DNA from: a virus
Lineage: Duplodnaviria > Heunggongvirae > Uroviricota > Caudoviricetes
DNA: 9,346 nt
Reading direction: 5' to 3' (one strand)
Virus record (IMG/VR): IMGVR_UViG_2778261360_000018
In this document: piece after piece, positions 6,436-9,346 of the stretch
Layout of the letters: each line of letters starts with the position of its first letter
Position numbering within the stretch: the stretch's first letter is position 1
Program-made: the position numbers and the translations under genes
Notes under the pieces: generated by a model
Seen by the model: the letters and a program-made list of their open reading frames with translations, nothing else
What the model was told of the DNA's origin: nothing
Databases searched by the model: none

Positions 6436-7227
6436 ATGAGCAGACATGCAACAGATTGGGCCTGGGAGACAGATCCAGGTAGCTCGTCATTAAAGCTCAT
6501 ACTGCTCTCGATGGCTGACAGAGCCGATGAATATAACCTTTGCTACCCCAGCATAGAACGCCTCGTTAAAGACACTTGCCTGAATAAAAAAACCGTGCAG
6601 GCCGGGCTTATATCGCTCATGAAAATGGGGCTTATTTCAGATACCGGAGAGAGAAAGGGAGCGACGAAAAGAGTGCGGGTTTTCTCTCTTAATATAACCA
6701 AAAACGGGAACATTAAAGGCAACCGGGAAGGGGGTAATGAACCCGAAAACGGTAATGTTACCGAAAACGGGAATATACCCAAAAACGGGGTGTTGAATGA
6801 TCCCAAAAACGGGATCCAGAACCAGTCATATAACCAGTCATTTAACCAAGAGAGGGAGAGCAGGACAAAAAGCGGGGATTCTGTGCCTCATGACCCCGGC
6901 GCAAACAACGCCGTGATGAATAACTTTGTTTCTCCTGGTGGGCCAGGGCAATTAGGCAAATTTGTCATGCATGAACAATGGCAGCCATCAGATGACTTTC
7001 TTCGGAAAAGCTCATTGCAGGGGATCTACCTGGACAGTCTGCCAACGGCACAGGAACTTGCAGAGTTCAGAATTTACTGGATGGCTGAGGGTAAGGCATA
7101 CCATCAGGCACAGTGGGAGCAGAAGCTGGCAAGGCGGCTGCAGATTAGCAGACAGAAGCAATCAACATTACCTGATAACAACGTTCCGCACTGGAACAGC
7201 CCTGAAGCGTGGGAGGATTTCTTGTGA
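6436..7227 (+). CDS. Replication initiator, lambda O-like (N-terminal winged-helix, low-complexity linker, C-terminal DnaT-like region)
   Basis: 263 aa. N-terminal LKLILLSMADRADEYNLCYPSIERLVKDTCLNKKTVQAGLISLMKMGLI is HTH-like; central N/G-rich linker is encoded by DNA iterons; C-terminal QWQPSDDFL...EFRIYWMAEGKAYHQAQWEQKLARRLQ. Located directly upstream of the P homolog. Confidence 0.75.
   Translation: MSRHATDWAWETDPGSSSLKLILLSMADRADEYNLCYPSIERLVKDTCLNKKTVQAGLISLMKMGLISDTGERKGATKRVRVFSLNITKNGNIKGNREGGNEPENGNVTENGNIPKNGVLNDPKNGIQNQSYNQSFNQERESRTKSGDSVPHDPGANNAVMNNFVSPGGPGQLGKFVMHEQWQPSDDFLRKSSLQGIYLDSLPTAQELAEFRIYWMAEGKAYHQAQWEQKLARRLQISRQKQSTLPDNNVPHWNSPEAWEDFL
6694..6847. repeat. Iteron array (putative replication origin) inside the O-like gene
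   Basis: Five direct repeats with core AAAACGG(G) starting at 6701, 6746, 6764, 6782 and 6806, with 18-bp periodicity for the central three; then a tandem CCAGTCAT(A/T)TAACC x2 at 6822-6847. Confidence 0.6.
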
Positions 7228-8009
7228 ACAACGTTTTTACCGCGATACAAAACCGTGACGGAGAAGCCCTTTCTCGCATGTCAGGTTATGAGCATCAGTA
7301 CGTCAACAATGACAATGTGGTGAACATGTCAGCAGAGAGGCTTGTTGATGCCCTTTTCAAACAGCTGAAACAACTGTTTCCGGCGGCAGTGGTAACCAAC
7401 CTGAAGACGCCAGAGCAGGAAGTAGCTGCAAAACAGCAGTGGATTGCTGCGTTTGCCGAAGGGGGGATCCGAACCCGTGAACAGGTTTCTGCTGGTATGC
7501 GCCACGCCCGCGCCAGTGAATCTCCGTTCTGGCCGTCGCCTGGGCAATTCATCAAGTGGTGTAAAGACAGCAAGATGGTTCTTGGCGTCACCATTGACGA
7601 TGTGATGGCGGAGTTTCACCGGTACAGCAAGGAAAAAAGTTTATATCCTGGTGGTCCCGAAAGATTCCCGTGGCGGCATCCTGTTATGTACTGGGTCGTA
7701 TGTGATACCCGCCGTGCAATGTATCAGCGCCAGCTTAGCGAGATTGAGGTTGAGAAACACGCGTGCAGGCTGCTCGATGATTGGGCGAAAAAGGTGGCTT
7801 CCGGACAGCAGATACCCGATCCGGTGATCAGCATACAGGCAAAGTCAGAGCCCATGAGTACACCTCCGGACACAGGGAGAGACGTTTACCATCCACTAGG
7901 GCGAAGTTTCGGGTGCATGCCTAACGCCGCCACCCTTGGGGGAATAACACCGGCGCAGTGGCTGATGGAGGAATACAGGCGGGGAAAGGAGGCAGGATTT
8001 ATCAAGTAA
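7224..8009 (+). CDS. Replication protein P-like (replicative helicase loader)
   Basis: GGIRTREQVSAGMRHARASESPFWPSPGQFIKWCKD closely matches my recall of lambda P (NGITTMEQVNAGMRVARRQNRPFLPSPGQFVAWCRE); SLYPGG...FPW...YWVV also matches. Start assigned to GTG 7224 (GTGA overlap with the O-like stop, Shine-Dalgarno GGGAGGA at 7211-7217) rather than the track's GTG at 7209. Confidence 0.9.
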   Translation: MNNVFTAIQNRDGEALSRMSGYEHQYVNNDNVVNMSAERLVDALFKQLKQLFPAAVVTNLKTPEQEVAAKQQWIAAFAEGGIRTREQVSAGMRHARASESPFWPSPGQFIKWCKDSKMVLGVTIDDVMAEFHRYSKEKSLYPGGPERFPWRHPVMYWVVCDTRRAMYQRQLSEIEVEKHACRLLDDWAKKVASGQQIPDPVISIQAKSEPMSTPPDTGRDVYHPLGRSFGCMPNAATLGGITPAQWLMEEYRRGKEAGFIK

Positions 8010-8014
8010 TACCA

Positions 8015-8034
8015 GCGCGATAGCGCATTTTTTT
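8015..8034 (+). terminator. Weak intrinsic terminator candidate after P
   Basis: GCGC-gata-GCGC (4-bp stem) followed by A then T7 (8028-8034). The stem is short, so this is low confidence. Confidence 0.3.
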
Positions 8035-8045
8035 ACGCCTCAGCA

Positions 8046-8125
8046 ATTACCTGTTGGGTAATAAAATATTCTAAATTCTATTGATTTCGTGTCTTATGTG
8101 GTTTTTAATTACCTTAGGGGGTAAA
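8046..8125 (+). promoter_or_regulatory. Second rightward operator-flanked promoter downstream of P
   Basis: Perfect palindrome ATTACC-tgttg-GGTAAT (8046-8062) upstream of -35 TTGATT (8081-8086); 17-nt spacer; -10 TTTAAT (8104-8109) overlapped by ATTACC-ttaggg-GGTAAA (8108-8125). Same motif family as the OL and OR sites. Confidence 0.45.
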
Positions 8126-8127
8126 TC

Positions 8128-8472
8128 ATGAGAAAACAGATACAGGCTCTTGGTCGACTCAAAACAGGCCAGATGAACAAAACAGAATCTGCGTATTGCC
8201 AGCACCTTGAGCTGCGTAAACGTGCAGGAGAAATCGTCTGGTATCGATTTGAGGGTATCAAGCTGCGGTTAGCTGACAACACGTTCTATACGCCCGATTT
8301 TGCTGTGATGCTCGCCACTGGCGAGATGGAACTGCACGAAGTGAAAGGTTTCTGGACCGACGACGCCAGGGTGAAAACCAAAGTCGCCGCAGATCAGTAT
8401 CCGTTCCGAATCATCGGGGTAACGGTTAAACCAAAGAAAGCAGGTGGTGGCTGGAAAATCGAAGAGTTCTGA
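8128..8472 (+). CDS. Small PD-(D/E)XK-fold nuclease-like protein (VRR-NUC/DUF1064-like)
   Basis: 114 aa. FYTPDF ... ELHEVKG ... TDDARVK fits a D...(D/E)xK active-site arrangement. Shine-Dalgarno AGGGGG 6 nt upstream of ATG 8128. Confidence 0.55.
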   Translation: MRKQIQALGRLKTGQMNKTESAYCQHLELRKRAGEIVWYRFEGIKLRLADNTFYTPDFAVMLATGEMELHEVKGFWTDDARVKTKVAADQYPFRIIGVTVKPKKAGGGWKIEEF

Positions 8473-8512
8473 ATCGACGATCTTTTTAGTTATCAATGTA
8501 ATCAATAAGTTA

Positions 8513-8521
8513 TGTGGATAA
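8513..8521. promoter_or_regulatory. Perfect DnaA-box 9-mer (TGTGGATAA, complement of TTATCCACA)
   Basis: Exact consensus match in the 61-bp intergenic gap just upstream of the ORF starting at 8534. A single site, so function is uncertain. Confidence 0.3.
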
Positions 8522-8533
8522 GCGAGGGTAAAG

Positions 8534-8986
8534 ATGGAAATTAATATCAAAGGGTTAGTTGCCGCCGGGCATGAGATGACTTCGGAACTGAAAGCTGAAT
8601 GTGGTGCCGTTGATATGCGCAGTGTGGCAAAGCTGATCAGCGATTTGGCAACGCAACTGGAAGTGCAACTGGTGCGTGCTAATGCGCTGGCTGCTGAGAA
8701 TGCGGGGCTGAAGTCTGGCGCTATGGACGAAATCAAGGTTATCAACCGTGGAGGTCAGGCATATTGCGTAAAAGATGGAGTGCGAGTTAATCCCATGTAT
8801 GCAAGAGGGTGGAATGACTATCGCGCAAAGTCTCTGCAATCAGACACCCCAGCCACCGATGCTTTCCTGGCTGAAATTCGTGCACAGGGGGTTGAGATGT
8901 TTGCTGACAATCTGTTGTGTCCAGACCTTGATGGCACTATCCGTGACTTTGCTGCCCAGCTTCGCAAAGGAGGAGGGCAAAAATGA
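8534..8986 (+). CDS. Hypothetical phage protein (150 aa)
   Basis: ATG 8534 with GAGGG Shine-Dalgarno 6 nt upstream; stop overlaps the next ATG (ATGA at 8983-8986). Alanine-rich, predicted helical N-terminal region. No family confidently recognised. Confidence 0.6.
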   Translation: MEINIKGLVAAGHEMTSELKAECGAVDMRSVAKLISDLATQLEVQLVRANALAAENAGLKSGAMDEIKVINRGGQAYCVKDGVRVNPMYARGWNDYRAKSLQSDTPATDAFLAEIRAQGVEMFADNLLCPDLDGTIRDFAAQLRKGGGQK

Positions 8987-9300
8987 CAATCACAAAACAA
9001 CGAGTAGAAGAAATCATATCGCGCATTGAAATGTATGGGCATGGTGCAGGGTATACCGCCGAAGAGGTTTATGACCTTGCTGTACTGGCGCTGAATTTAT
9101 CAAATATCGCAAACCTGAAGCGATACGAGCTTGATATGGGAGGTTGCGACTCGTGCGGTCAGGATTGTGGCGCAGATATGACTGAAGATCCTGATGGTGA
9201 TTATGTCCTGTTTGATGACGTGGTTAAGTTGTTTGAATTTGATACAACCACTCAAAAGTTAGAAATCCCGGCAAAGGAGGCAACCAGTGAGCGAAATTAA
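8983..9300 (+). CDS. Hypothetical acidic phage protein (105 aa) with a Cys-rich patch
   Basis: Strong Shine-Dalgarno AGGAGGG before ATG 8983; translationally coupled to the upstream gene. Contains CDSCGQDCGAD and an acidic tail. Confidence 0.6.
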   Translation: MTITKQRVEEIISRIEMYGHGAGYTAEEVYDLAVLALNLSNIANLKRYELDMGGCDSCGQDCGADMTEDPDGDYVLFDDVVKLFEFDTTTQKLEIPAKEATSERN

Positions 9301-9346
9301 TTACCAGGCACTGCGTGAGGTGGCGGAACGTGCAATTCCAGCAATG
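9287..9346 (+). CDS. 5' end of a further ORF running off the window (N-terminus resembles ead/Ea22-like proteins)
   Basis: GTG 9287 preceded by AAGGAGG (9274-9280); overlaps the upstream stop. Translation VSEINYQALREVAERAIPAM... recalls the conserved QALRE(A/V)AE N-terminus of Ea22-like proteins, from memory only. Confidence 0.35.
   Translation, partial: MSEINYQALREVAERAIPAM

Noticed and set aside
6821-6860. AT-rich DNA-unwinding element immediately after the iterons
   Set aside because: The sequence after the iterons is only moderately AT-rich, so I do not claim a defined unwinding element from sequence alone.
6318-7619. ORFs 6318-6500(-), 6543-6806(-), 6962-7258(+), 7295-7594(-) and 7329-7619(-)
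   Set aside because: Antisense or alternate frame within the O-like and P-like genes; the 6543-6806 ORF is simply the reverse-frame reading of the iteron repeats.
8269-9042. ORFs 8269-8745(-), 8555-8839(-), 8775-9029(+) and 8818-9042(-)
   Set aside because: Overlap well-supported plus-strand genes that have Shine-Dalgarno sequences and translational coupling; translations are low-complexity.
1-9346. CRISPR arrays, tRNA/rRNA genes and insertion-sequence terminal repeats
   Set aside because: No regularly spaced direct repeats with unique spacers, no cloverleaf-like conserved tRNA stretches and no transposase ORFs were seen. The tRNA or att site expected next to a P4-like integrase would lie upstream of base 1, off-window.
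1-9346. LexA (SOS) box CTGT-N8-ACAG near promoters
   Set aside because: No convincing match was found by eye in the intergenic regions. A systematic scan should confirm this; absence is consistent with an antirepressor encoded elsewhere.

Overview
This window reads as the integration, early-left and immunity/replication region of a lambdoid prophage from an enterobacterial host, with lambda-like gene order. All calls rest on reading the sequence and the ORF track by eye; no homology search was run. Layout: a P4-like tyrosine integrase (1-1251, +), then a leftward early operon on the minus strand. That operon, read from its promoter, carries a 50-aa ORF, a 99-aa ORF, a PD-(D/E)XK exonuclease, a Bet/RecT-family annealing protein, an AlpA-like HTH protein, a hypothetical ORF, an MT-A70-type adenine methyltransferase and a coupled 64-aa ORF. 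Next come a pL/OL-like region, an intrinsic terminator, a dual-HTH repressor with no peptidase domain (5100-5684, -), an OR-like region, a Cro-like gene, a tR1-like hairpin, a small Cys/His-rich ORF, an O-like initiator with internal iterons, a lambda-P-like helicase loader, and a second operator-flanked promoter ahead of a small nuclease-like gene and three further ORFs. The most interesting signal is a recurring (A)TTACC-N5-GGTAA(T) palindrome placed at all three promoter regions. I could not identify a complete, clearly novel defence system; the candidates worth follow-up are the methylase pair, the post-P operator-controlled module and the non-cleavable repressor.
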